The notes beneath the pieces are model-generated. The model ran no database searches. It was not told the DNA's origin and saw nothing but the letters and a program-made list of their open reading frames with translations. A stretch of DNA of 64,000 nucleotides, taken from positions 394,320,001 through 394,384,000 of the forward strand of contig OZ024740.1 in assembly GCA_964016885.1 (NCBI GenBank), read 5' to 3'. The stretch is from Eledone cirrhosa. Its lineage: Eukaryota. The translations under genes and the position numbers were made by a program. Positions 13,826 to 26,261 of this stretch are shown one piece after another. The number at the start of each line of letters is the position of its first letter. Position 1 is the first letter of the stretch.

Positions 13826-13868
13826 ACGATGCTGATGACAGCTAACAAGCTTGAAACTAGTACATCGT
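13826..13868 (+). ncRNA. type I hammerhead ribozyme, array unit 1
   Basis: ACGAUG-CUGAUGA-C-AGCU-AACA-AGCU-U-GAAA-CUAG-UA|CAUCGU; 6-bp stem I, palindromic stem III ACUAGU, predicted cleavage after 13862. Confidence 0.8.
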
Positions 13869-14019
13869 TCCTGTGTCAGTGTTGAACAAAAAGGTGACGT
13901 GGTTGCCTTAACACCGTACGGCATAAATTCAGGCTGTTCAGTTTGTTTACAAACGAACAAAGCGGGCGCTATAATAAGCGTCCGCTAAACTGATACGTAC
14001 ATATATGTATGTGTACCTG

Positions 14020-14050
<31 letters not shown>

Positions 14051-14285
14051 GCATGCTACTGTACGTCTGTATACATATATGTATGTACGTATACATACAT
14101 ACTTACATTTAAGTAAGTGCCGTACTAAGAGTGAGAAATGAAATTTCGTTTTCATTTTATTACAACTTGTCGTTCTCGGTACGCCTGGCCGGACTCACTC
14201 GATATGCAAATTAGGCTGCTCAGCCGTTAATTTTCATAAGGAAAGTATATACTTTCGAACGTTCAACCATCTGGCAGAAGGGTAT

Positions 14286-14328
14286 ACGATGTTGATGATA
14301 GCTAACAAGCTTGAAACTAGTACATCGT
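14286..14328 (+). ncRNA. type I hammerhead ribozyme, array unit 2 (C3U variant)
   Basis: Same fold; the core reads UUGAUGA. Confidence 0.65.
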
Positions 14329-14739
14329 TCCTGTGTCAGTGTTGAACAAAAAGGTGACGTGGTTGGCTTAACACCGTACGGCATAAATTCAGGCTGTTCA
14401 GTTTGTTTACAAACGAACAAAGCGGGCGCTATAATAAGCGTCCGCTAAACTGATACGTACATATATGTATGTGTACCTGTATGTATATATATATATATAT
14501 ATATGCATGCTACTGTACGTCTGTATACATATATGTATGTACGTATACATACATACTTACATTTAAGTAAGTGCTGTACTAAGAGTGAGAAATGAAATTT
14601 CGTTTTCATTTTATTACAACTTGTCGTTCTCGGTACGCCTGGCCGGACTCACTCGATATGCAAATTAGGCTGCTCAGCCGTTAATTTTCATAAGGAAAGT
14701 ATATACTTTCGAACGTTCAACCATCTGGCAGAAGGGTAT

Positions 14740-14782
14740 ACGATGCTGATGATAGCTAACAAGCTTGAAACTAGTACATCGT
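14740..14782 (+). ncRNA. type I hammerhead ribozyme, array unit 3
   Basis: ACGAUG-CUGAUGA-U-AGCU-AACA-AGCU-U-GAAA-CUAG-UA|CAUCGU. Confidence 0.8.
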
Positions 14783-14933
14783 TCCTGTGTCAGTGTTGAA
14801 CAAAAAGGTGACGTGGTTGCCTTAACACCGTACGGCATAAATTCAGGCTGTTCAGTTTGTTTACAAACGAACAAAGCGGGCGCTATAATAAGCGTCCGCT
14901 AAACTGATACGTACATATATGTATGTGTACCTG

Positions 14934-14975
<42 letters not shown>

Positions 14976-15029
14976 TGCTACTGTACGTCTTTATACATAT
15001 ATGTATGTACGTATACATACATACTTACA

Positions 15030-15071
<42 letters not shown>

Positions 15072-15292
15072 AAACATATATATATATATATATATATATA
15101 TGTAGATAAATCTACCAAGAGTTTACGGTAGTGTCCAATCCGTATGAAGAACTCAATGTATTCCGGATATCATGGAAAGAAGAGATGTAATGAAAATCCA
15201 CTTTCGGTGAAAGATAAACGGTATACAGAGTCAAGATAAAATATTAAACAAATAATGAACAAACAATTCCTTATATTAAACAAAAAAAGTTC

Positions 15293-15441
15293 ACTATTTA
15301 ACGATCGTTTCTAGGGTATATATGTGTTATAATTGGTATGCATATTTAACAGATCTATGTACAAAATTATACAAAATTATACAAATTATCAAGATTAAAC
15401 ATACATACCTAACTCATATATACGCCGTCTTCAGAAATAAT
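15293..15441 (-). ncRNA. type I hammerhead with ~115-nt stem II
   Basis: AUUAUUU-CUGAAGA-CGGCGUAUAUAUG...CAUAUAUACCCUA-GAAA-CGAUCG-UU|AAAUAGU; palindromic stem III. Confidence 0.65.
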
Positions 15442-16209
15442 GAAGTATATTTATTGATAATAACAACAATTCAAAATATCAGTTCAAAATTGACCAATGA
15501 AAACACAAAGGGTTAAAAGCAGTTTGGTGTGTGTATATACATGTAAAAACCTTACACATATTTTACAATAATGTGTGTATAATTTGTATGTGCATACTAA
15601 AAAGATGGATGCAAACACAAAATTTCAAGGTTAATATCTCTGTAAGCTTAATGCGCTGATAAGATACGCAATGATACTTATGGAGTCAAGCATATAAATA
15701 TATTTTTTTCATACTCACACATATCAGTATAATCACACATACATGTGCGTATATGCATAAATATACACATAACCACGAACATACAAACACACACACTCCC
15801 CCACTCACATTTATATATGTGGATATAAAATCATAAGCAAATAGAAATTAAGTCACTCACATAAAAACACTGGCACACACATTTCAAGATCAAGATATAG
15901 AAATTAGGTGGGAGGGGGGGGGAGGGGTCAGTATTAGATTGTCAGACCAGACTGCCTAATATAAATGTATCTATAAATTAAGAAAAATAAGAAAATAAAA
16001 ACAATAAAATATAATAAATATAATATGTACATACACATACAGATATACATACACATACATACATGTACGCGCACATAGAGATATCTACACATACATACAT
16101 ACACACATACCTATACAGTCATACACACACATACATTTACACGAACATACAGATACACATATAAAAAGATATAAATACACACACACTCACGCGCAACACA
16201 TACACACAT

Positions 16210-16250
<41 letters not shown>

Positions 16251-16602
16251 TACACACACACATAGACTCATATATATATATATATACACATACATACACA
16301 TATATAAACATATATATCCACACACTCATACCACCATAAATACACATACAAACACCCACATGTATATATATATATATATATATATATATCCACATACACA
16401 CACGTACACATATATACATATATACATACATACACATACATATATATATATATACACACACATAAAAAACAGACATGCACATATATATATATATATATAT
16501 ATATATTTCATTACTCTTATATATACACATAGTATATATACATACACAACCTCACTTATACACATATACACATAAGTTATATTACAATAATAATAAAGAA
16601 TA

Positions 16603-16636
<34 letters not shown>

Positions 16637-16758
16637 ATATATACACATATATATATATATACATACATACATACACATACATACATACACATAAATATAT
16701 ACATACATAAATACACACATACGAATAAAGACATATATTCACACATAGACACCTATAT

Positions 16759-16837
<79 letters not shown>

Positions 16838-18577
16838 CACACACACACACACACACAGACACACATACACACTCACATATATATATATATATATATGTGT
16901 ATGTGAGTGTGCGCAAATACACATATATATACACACACACATACAAGCACACACAAACACATACATATGCATACGTGCACACACACACACATATATCACA
17001 TAGATACGAAGATAAACATATAAATAGAGAGACATACAAATATATACAGAACCCATATACACATACATACAAACACGCATATACATATACATACATATAT
17101 ACACATATATATATTCCTATATACAAGCATACACATACATACACATATATACATATACATACACATATACATACCACACATTCACATACACATACATATA
17201 TAATACATATATATACATATATATACATACATATGTATGTACAATCATATATACACACTCAATCTTACATTCATATTTACATGCTCATATATGTATTTTT
17301 ATATTTAGAAATAAATACCAAAACCTATATAGACACCCACCTACACATATATTCATACATATACGCTTACAAAAACAGATGATAATAGTATGGGGGAAAG
17401 GGGGGGTTTGGAGAAGGGGATCAAAGTAAATATATGTTTCAAGAAACATATAATATTTTCCGTATCTTAATTCAATGTATGTTCTTACATATTTTCAGTG
17501 CTAGGAAATACGAAATCCATGCATCTCAAAACAAAAAAGTAAACCATTAATCATATGTTAACTAAACCAAAGATAGTCAACATATTGATTTCCAAGGTGT
17601 AAATTAGTTAGGTTTATAATATTTGAAGCAGAATTATGAAGTCAAACAGTAGTAGATTATTAATTACATTATAACTAAATTAAAGTTAATAACGTTATGG
17701 TATCAATATTAGGAGATGAATTTAGTAATAGGGAAAAGAAACCCAAATAAAAATAAAATAAAGTATTACATCGGTAGTAGCATATAAATTATGTGTTAAC
17801 TAAATTAAAAATTATATATTTATTTCAATAGTATACGTTAATTAGTATATGTTAATTAGGTATACAATACATAAAGCAGATATTGTATTTCATCAATAGC
17901 ATAATATAATTATATGCAAATAAAAATCAAAATTAATACGCATACATATACATATACATACACATACACATATATATACATATACACACATATATATATA
18001 TATATATACATATATATACACATATATACATATATACTCACATAAATATACATACAGATACACATACAACACACACATATATACATATACATATAGATAT
18101 ACATATCTTTTTCAAAAAATTACACAGAATATATTAACTAGGTATATATCCAAAACACATCCCATTCTATGATTACATGACATTCTGCAATACGTCTGTA
18201 CAAGGATACTAATTTTAAGCAAATTAAAATTAAAGTTTTAGGTTGATTAAAACTAAAACCAAATAATAAATATATTTCCAAAATGTATATTAATTAGGTC
18301 TATAATACTAAAAATTCTTTCTCCGTCATTGGACACATGATATTATTTTGTTATATTTTATCTGTAAAAGAATTATAATAAAAAAAATTATAATAAAAGG
18401 TTAAAATAAATTAAAATTAATCTATAAATTAAATTACTGAGTATATATTAGTAATATTTAAAGGTTTTTCAAAATTTATGATTACATAATATTTTCTCAT
18501 CTGTAATAAAATATTAATTAAATTAAATTTATAGGTTAACTAACATTTAAATTAAATTAAATTCTAGAATAATGTTA

Positions 18578-18757
18578 TTAATTAGGTTTATAATATTTAA
18601 ATGTTTTTTTTAGTTTATGATTACACGATATAATTAATTCTTGTCTTTTATTTAATAAGATATCCCTAGACTTCATTATTTCAAATAGTTCTTGGGAACA
18701 TAATCTACATTCCTTTCTATTATTTTGATAAGGGGTGGCTCTTTTGAGCACACTCCA
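18578..18757 (-). pseudogene. PLE GIY-YIG endonuclease C-terminal fragment
   Basis: My translation: WSVLKRATPYQNNRKECRLCSQELFEIMKSRDILLNKRQELIISCNHKLKKTFKYYKPN*; fits the WxIL..PY..CxLC..E...LLNKRxEL..CxH ending of aquatic-invertebrate PLE ORFs; absent from the ORF track. Confidence 0.75.
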
Positions 18758-18971
18758 CTAGTAGTTTAGCTATCGTAACCACATGGAAATCCGGATGATG
18801 GACAATGAAGTGTTTTGCGTCTATTCTTATTCGTTTTCCTTGTCACTTTCCTAAAATGTGTTAAGACACCCGGATGTAACAGGTGTGTAAACTAAGCACA
18901 CAACACACACACAAACAAGATGGCGTAGGACAGAACAAAGGAGAGGCACAAAACAAAGAAAAGAATCCCCA

Positions 18972-19014
18972 GTCACTGAAGAGGTCACACAATGTGTGAC
19001 GAAAGAACTTTGAC
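18972..19014 (+). ncRNA. type I hammerhead ribozyme in PLE pLTR fragment (18925-19170)
   Basis: GUCA-CUGAAGA-G-GUCACA-CAAUG-UGUGAC-GAAA-GAAC-UU|UGAC. Confidence 0.75.
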
Positions 19015-19167
19015 AATATATGAACAACCGTCCGGTTATGGAACCAACCAACCAACCGGAAATTTATAAATTCTTAAATTTATAAATTTAATTTATAATA
19101 AATTGGAGTGAAAGCAACTGGTGTGTGTGTTTCTTATTGGCAACATGACCCCCCCCCCCCCCAAAGC

Positions 19168-19243
<76 letters not shown>

Positions 19244-19627
19244 TAATTATATGTATATACACTAGAAAATTCACGTGGAGACAGAAACTATTTGCAACTT
19301 AAGATTATGCTAATATTTCATGAGTGTTGAATTCAGCACTTGTCTTGGCAGTAACATCAGAGATGTTACAACTTGAAGGTATGTACGGGAATATATCAAT
19401 CCTCCTTTCTTGATGTTATTCTTTCTCTTTTGTCATTCTTTTAGTTGACATTTCAAGAGCAATATTTTCCATTCGTTTTGAATATATTCAGTACAGAAGG
19501 TTATCCGGTACACGATAAAATATGCACTTGGAAACACACGGGAAATTGCCCATACTAAAAGTGAGAATAACAAGGAATAGATTGTAAAAGCCGACCGAGT
19601 TGAGTTCTATTCTCTCTAGTATTATTC

Positions 19628-19812
19628 GGTGGATTGGCAGCATCTGTAGAGGGTCGAACGCCATGCTCTGCAACATAGAGTTACGGCCCTTTATGATCTG
19701 AGTTCAAATCCCGTCGAGGTCAACTTTGTCTTTCATCCTTACAGGATCGATAAAATAAAGTACCAGTAATGCACTGGGATAATTACTGGCCTTGTGCCAA
19801 AAGTAGAAAGGG
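19628..19812 (+). mobile_element. Nin-domain tRNA SINE
   Basis: Homologous to 56-235; B box GAGTTCAAATC. Confidence 0.85.
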
Positions 19813-20308
19813 TTTATTTAACTGTAGTTTAGTTTAAGGAGTGATGCTCATGAATCATTCTAGGTCGGTAGAATGAAAAGTGTACTATTTATTTTGTCAA
19901 GAAAAACAATTAACAAACATATCACATGATCCACATGACAGGTGCAATGTGTCCGAACACGGAAGACGAACTACCACTGTCATCGCCTCCATTTCTCTCG
20001 CTTTCCCCATCTCTCTGTATTATGAGCAAATGAGGTCCCGAATTGATAAAGTGTTTTGAGTTAGATTTGAGGAAGATTCACCGTAGTTATGACAAGAGAA
20101 AAGGAAAAACGTGCATTTGGGGATTTGGGGTTTATATGTTATGCAACTTGATTGCAAGATTCTTTGAGTGGACTAAAGTAAAATACGTATCGCTAGAGTG
20201 GAGAGAGTGTTGTACTTTCAGTCGTTTCACGCCACATAAAGCGAGATAAGCAACGGCATGATGAACTCTCCGTCTCGCCACATACTTTTACGCACACACA
20301 CATATACA

Positions 20309-20395
<87 letters not shown>

Positions 20396-20400
20396 ATCTA

Positions 20401-20453
<53 letters not shown>

Positions 20454-20571
20454 ATATATATATATATCACGCACCAAAATTAGACTTGTCGTCCCCTGAT
20501 TTTGCTCTTTACTCTTTGTTCTTGAATGTTTGGTAGGTAGAGTCCATAACACCAATCAAACCCCTTTTATA

Positions 20572-20616
20572 GCTCTGAAGAATCCTACGGTTACGTAAGG
20601 AAGAAACATTGTAAGC
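20572..20616 (+). ncRNA. type I hammerhead ribozyme in PLE tail fragment
   Basis: GCU-CUGAAGA-A-UCCUACG-GUUA-CGUAAGGA-A-GAAA-CAUUG-UA|AGC, followed by AATAAA; fragment lies between (TA)n tracts. Confidence 0.65.
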
Positions 20617-20662
20617 CAATAAAAATCTTTTGATGTTGTAGACGCTCTTGTGTTCTTTATCA

Positions 20663-20695
<33 letters not shown>

Positions 20696-20715
20696 GCATA
20701 TATATATATATATAA

Positions 20716-20811
<96 letters not shown>

Positions 20812-20833
20812 GACGTAAAATAAATAAGAATAG

Positions 20834-20915
20834 ACTCCCTGATGACGTAATGAATTCTCGATAGTTACATTGCGTAACTATATTTATCCCATTACAGAAA
20901 CTAATTAGTTGGAGT
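20834..20915 (+). ncRNA. type I hammerhead with extended stem II
   Basis: ACUCC-CUGAUGA-C-GUAAUG...(AUAGUUAC/GUAACUAU)...CAUUAC-A-GAAA-CUAAUUAG-UU|GGAGU; lies inside 21-bp IRs at 20803-20823 and 20956-20976. Confidence 0.8.
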
Positions 20916-21133
20916 GAAAATTTTAGTAACTTAATTTTTAATTTTTAAAATTTTCTTATTTTACGTCTTTCATATAATTGTTCTGCATCCCCCTGCATAG
21001 AACCACCTAGGTACTATGACATAACTTATATATTTGCTAGCATTAGTGTACATCTGTACACATATGTTGGTAGATGTACTAATTCTATATATATATATAT
21101 ATATGCATATATATATATGTATATATTTATATG

Positions 21134-21208
<75 letters not shown>

Positions 21209-21214
<6 letters not shown>

Positions 21215-21342
21215 GTTTAACCCCGACGGCAGAGCTCAGCCGTCGGGGTTAAACTTTTTCCTATTACCCACTCTACTACCCTAACTATTGAGTACTCTGG
21301 TGCGTTGTGTTCCATCTGGTTCCTTACCACACTTCCTTCGTT
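21209..21342 (+). mobile_element. PLE-like tail fragment with 17-bp foldback
   Basis: Arms 21214-21230 and 21239-21255; the rest is a reverse-complement homolog of 1940-2030; sits in (TA)n. Confidence 0.6.
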
Positions 21343-21689
21343 ATATATATATATATATATATAAACATATATAATGCGCAAACTTTAACATTCTTCTTCA
21401 TTGTCGTCGACGCCATCATCACCATCATCATCATTATCACCATACCACCCCCATTTTACTTATTTTTCACAAAGCTTTTCTTACTTTTCCCCCTCTATCT
21501 CCCTGCACGGGTTTCCCTGGTGGTCTAAGTGAAAAGAGATTGAAATTTCACAATAGACTAATTTGTGTATTTGTATACGAGGGGCTATAAAATTATATGA
21601 ATAGGTCTTTGTATGCTCGTGCATGAATGTATGCGCGCCCGCACGCACACACACACAAGCACACACGCATACATACCCCCATATATATA

Positions 21690-21760
<71 letters not shown>

Positions 21761-21813
21761 CGATGTGTTTATATATATACTTTTCTGTGAGGGAGACTGT
21801 ATGAACACACACA

Positions 21814-21903
<90 letters not shown>

Positions 21904-21929
21904 TGTATTTATATATATATATAAATATC

Positions 21930-21968
<39 letters not shown>

Positions 21969-22534
21969 ATGTGCGCGCGCGCTTGTGTGTGTGTGTGTAT
22001 GTGTAAATGTGTTGCTTTTAAACGTACGGTTTAAAAATATACGTACATACACATACATACACATTTGAATATATTGTATGTACATGGATATTTACGTTAT
22101 GAATATAAAGGTAGACTGTTATTCTTAGCCACCCGTTCAAGCAGCCACGAATACAATGGTGTTTTTTTCAGGTAATTAATTACAGCCTCGTGTGTAACTC
22201 CTCGAATAGATCACATTTAGCTGCCGCCAACTCCACCATTACCAACACAACACCCCAATCATCATCAGCATCAGCAGCATCACTAGCAATATCAGCAACA
22301 ACAGCAGCAGCAACAACAACAGCGATAACAGTAGCAATAAGATTAAACGTATTTGCCTCTACTTTCTCTCTTGATCTGCTAAGTGTAGCAGCCAAATGAC
22401 AAGCTTCGGCGTTACGGGTTCACTTGACGTATGCGGCAGATGGCCATATATCTTCTACTATATCATATATACGTGTATTGTTCGCCCATTGAGTGTCAAT
22501 AAAGACCATGAATTTGGTTACATTATTAGTTGGT

Positions 22535-22624
22535 TAACTTTGCCTTTCATCCTTACTGGGTCGATAAAATAAAGTACCAGTAATGTACTGGGTAATTGCT
22601 GGCCTTGTGCCAAAAGTAGAAACA
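22535..22624 (+). mobile_element. 5'-truncated Nin-domain SINE
   Basis: Nin core plus tail; 13-bp TSD ATTATTAGTTGGT at 22522-22534 and 22625-22637. Confidence 0.85.
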
Positions 22625-23649
22625 ATTATTAGTTGGTGTTTTCATGTAGATAGTTGGAGAGTCGGATTCTGGTAGGAAAATAGGGGCTAGATAGGAGGAA
22701 CATGTATTGTGTGGATTCCTTCAGAAGATCAGCTGACGACTTTGATCGACTTCGGCCGTCACATTAATATCACGGATATCTGAACTGATGATAAAGGGAT
22801 ATATCCGTTTTACTACTTTGTTCCGGTTTCATTCAATAGACTGTGGCCATGTTAAAACACGGCCTTCAAGCGATCTGGTCGCTCATTTTACATATCTAGT
22901 ACTTATTTTATCGATCTCTAGTTGTTGAAACTCTAAATTATGGGACTCAAGCTTAAGTAAACGTACCCATAGGCTCACATAGGTACGCACTCACACGCAA
23001 GGATTGCCTGTTGCTTAGTACTAACTTACTTAGTTGATGATTGAATATAATATTTAATACGAATTTTACATTTAATAACTAAAGGTCTGAAGTAGCAAGT
23101 AGCGCCAATCAAAGAAAATAGCGTGTAGTCTTGATTAGTGTCGTAATCTGTTGTATCCTAGTCTGGTCGCTCTGCTTTGCCGTGTTCGGAATTTCCCACT
23201 ATAGTTTATCTACTTGCCACTACAGCTGCCACTCCTAATCGAGCATGACTTGGTAGTTTGCATCATGGTTTCGCTAAGGGGTTTCGGTAAATATACTGTC
23301 GCAAGCAGAGACAGACACCCTCTCGACTCGTTCTTCATTTGATCCAGTGAAACACCCAGGAAGTGACAGCTGGAAAGTAAGAGAGTTGCACCAACATAGT
23401 CGACACGACCTGAAAGAATGGCAATCAATGTGGACCCCAGAGACCCGGTACAAATATCCAACCCTCTAGTAATTCCGCTAAATCAATAAAGCAATCAATC
23501 GACAATCGATCACACTTTTTTTTTTAGGCGTTCTGAAATGAATGTCATACTAATTCATGCTTAGGCTATAGAAATTTCATAAATTCCTAAAGTATAATGA
23601 TTTTAAATAACTAATTCTGATATCTTGTTATCCCATTATGTCACGTTAT

Positions 23650-24880
23650 TGTAAATCAATATGACTAGATACTAAATTGAAGATTTCAAAAGGAGTAGAA
23701 ATAAAAAAAAAAAAAGAAAATGCTATTGTGTAATCACGAGCGCTTGCAGCGTCAACTTTAGAAACTATAATGAATCAATCTGACAAAATAAAAGCTGTCA
23801 TGCAAAATTCAAGTGAGCGTAACGCCTTCTAAACTAATATAAGCAAGCAGTAAAATCATGGTAAATTTAGAGAAAAATGCTAATTGTTAGGGTGGATGCT
23901 CTCCCGAGCAAAAAGTGTTACATTTATTTACTCAGATGTAACAAAAATCTGAACATGTCAGTTAATCGTTTGCTGCTTTATGTTGATAGATTTAGAAGTT
24001 CAAGAAACGATCTAATCTCCCTAGTATTCAGGTAACAAGTGAATCAACAATTGTTTACATCCAAACTGCATCAGAATTCACTGCACAATTGAAAGGAAAC
24101 GGTTAAATATCCAATTAAGCTAGTTTTAAATTTAAATGAATATAAGACCTTTTTGGAAATAAAACTTATATCTCACAGCAAAAGGTCGACTCAAACTTTT
24201 GTTATGATCAAATTTCACTGGAAGATTGAAGCAAACAATCTCTTATCTCTGACACTACAAAAGCAATAAATGGCTTATCCAAATCCTGTTTGTTTTATGG
24301 AAATTTTACAGAAAAGCTTGGTACATTGGATTTCTGTCAAGTTATCAAAGGTTACTGTGAAAAGTATACTGTTGGACCCATGGCACTAAGCCTTCCAATA
24401 TCGACTCTCTCCAAACGTACATAACTGTTCTCATTCATCGAAATTCAAATTCAGTACCACAGCCTAAATTTCAGGAAAACATTTTCTAGTGGCTGATGAT
24501 AAATATCAGACCGAAACGAATTCTTATAAGCAATAAAAGCAATAAAAAACTTTTATTGCTTATATAAGCAAAAAAGTTTGTTATTTTTAATACCAAGAAA
24601 TAAGTTAAACTTACATGTATAATTGGGGGTTAGAGAAAATATCCAAATAAAGTTAAGGATGGTCATAGGATAGATGGGGATATAATCCCAATCGGCAATA
24701 ATCTTACACAAATTGTGCAGGAAGTTCATTTGAAGAAGCTAATGCAGGTGATATTCAGGAATTACTGTATGCTGATAATGGGATACTCACATATAGTATG
24801 CTGATAATGGGATACTCAACCTTAAGGAGTTGATAGAATTGCAAGTGTTTAGTTAAGATAGTGAAGACAAAACCTCATAT
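23650..24880 (+). pseudogene. decayed Tigger/pogo-like transposase
   Basis: From 23650: CKSI*LDTKLKISKGVE...SRALAASTLETIMNQSDKIK (psq-type HTH-like), then LEKMLIV; near 24720-24845 FEEANAGDIQELL and LKELIELQ resemble Tigger C-termini; many stops and frameshifts. Confidence 0.55.
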
Positions 24881-25973
24881 ACAACCGTTATTAAACAACA
24901 ATGATCTTATCTATAAGATTTGGTGCAATAACTAGCACAAATACCACCGCAATTACTACTATTAACAACACTGTCGTTACTGCCCTAACTACTACTGCCA
25001 CTAACATCACAACAACCATCACTACTATGCCAAGTCCACCACAAACTTAACAACTACCACCAGTATCCCTACCACCTTCACAACAGCCACCATCACCACA
25101 ATAATAACAGTATTATTTGTTGTAGGAGAAACACTGATCCCTTGTTTTCTCCCCAGAGTTTATGTAATATATATACATATACAACCTGGTCTGTGGTTTG
25201 AAGGAAAGCTGGCTGCTATTTCTAGCCGACCAAGTGACAGCACAGTAGCTTCCCTTGTTGGCTTGATGTAAAGTTTGTTCATTTTGTTATTGTTATTTAG
25301 CCCTAGATCAGCGCTGATGAAACAGATCAATCATGTAAGGTGATCTGATCGTGACAATCTTGCCGTCTTCTATATAAAACATTACATTGTTCAATAGACC
25401 CTTCATATAGGACAATAGGGGTTCTTTGAAGTAAATTCAACAGCCATGTAGAAGCTACATGGTTGAGTACCAAAGATCAACTGGAATATAAATTGACCTT
25501 AAATTACACGAGGGAAATATTATTAGCTGGCTATACAACAGGGAGATCAGGCAATGTTCTCGTCTACCATAAAAAGAAACAACGTTTCTCTTCGTTTTGA
25601 ACATTCTATTCCATTATTTCAGGGGAAAGATTGATATAGGAGGCAGAGTTAGATATGTGTTACTTTTGTTTTATTACTTCAAAAATTTGGTTTAATGTAA
25701 AAGGCAGCATGAGGTTTGAGTTACTTAATAATGGGTGGTGTGTGGTGAAAGAGTAAGATGGTTATATATCATTTATATAAAGAGATATATATGTATAAGC
25801 TCTAGTTTAACAAAGCTTGCATAAAGGTGTGACTTGATATTTGGAAGAGTAGTGGCGCGGAGGTACAGACGGAAGAAAATATAATGAAATAGGTTGTTTC
25901 AACTAATGTAACAGGTAGAAATACGTAGTTATAATTGTTTAGTTACTCTGTATTTTCAGATGCAGTTTATCTA

Positions 25974-26261
25974 TAAAAAAAGGTCTAAAGTCTCTTAAGC
26001 CAGAAGGCTCATTTGGCCGGTGCTTATCTCGGTTACATGGCATGAAGCGACTGAGAGTACAAGACTTCCTCCTGGATATGATGCCAGTCCATCGCAGGGT
26101 TAAACCCCCAGCTATTGCTGGTACTCATTTTCAGCTGAATATACTGGAGCAACATGAAATGAAGTGTTTTGCTCAAGCACACAACCCGCAACTCAGGAAT
26201 CGAACCCGTGACATTATGTTCGTATGTCCAAAACCCTTACTACTAGGTCATGTGCCTCCAC
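25974..26261 (-). mobile_element. tRNA-derived SINE with Meta/MESC-like central domain
   Basis: Minus-strand B box GGGTTCGATTCC, body AACCCTGCGATGGACTGGCATC...GTCGCTTCATGC, ACCTTT tail; ~12-bp TSD GCAGT(T/G)TATCTA. Confidence 0.8.

Larger units (their letters stand above)
13418..15030 (+). repeat. tandem array (~3.5 units, 454-460 bp) of a hammerhead-containing non-coding repeat; retrozyme-like
   Basis: Near-identical units differing mainly in internal (TA)n length; HHRs at 13826, 14286 and 14740; no credible ORF. Confidence 0.85.
15102..18790 (-). mobile_element. 5'-truncated Penelope-like element with long microsatellite-rich 3' region
   Basis: EN C-terminal peptide at 18578-18757 and a same-strand HHR at 15293-15441, then tail to (TA)n; continuity across the interval is inferred. 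Confidence 0.55.

Noticed and set aside
13760-14874. Three near-identical 66-aa minus-strand ORFs
   Set aside because: They recur only because of the tandem repeat, lie antisense to the hammerheads, and have non-ATG starts with no recognisable domain
13418-15030. CRISPR-like or Helitron tandem interpretation of the array
   Set aside because: There are no unique spacers and the context is eukaryotic; the GC-rich hairpin lacks a properly spaced CTAG terminus; the HHR explains the unit better
24490-24525. CTGATGA...GAAAC motif inside the Tigger remnant
   Set aside because: No stem II or stem I pairing compatible with a hammerhead
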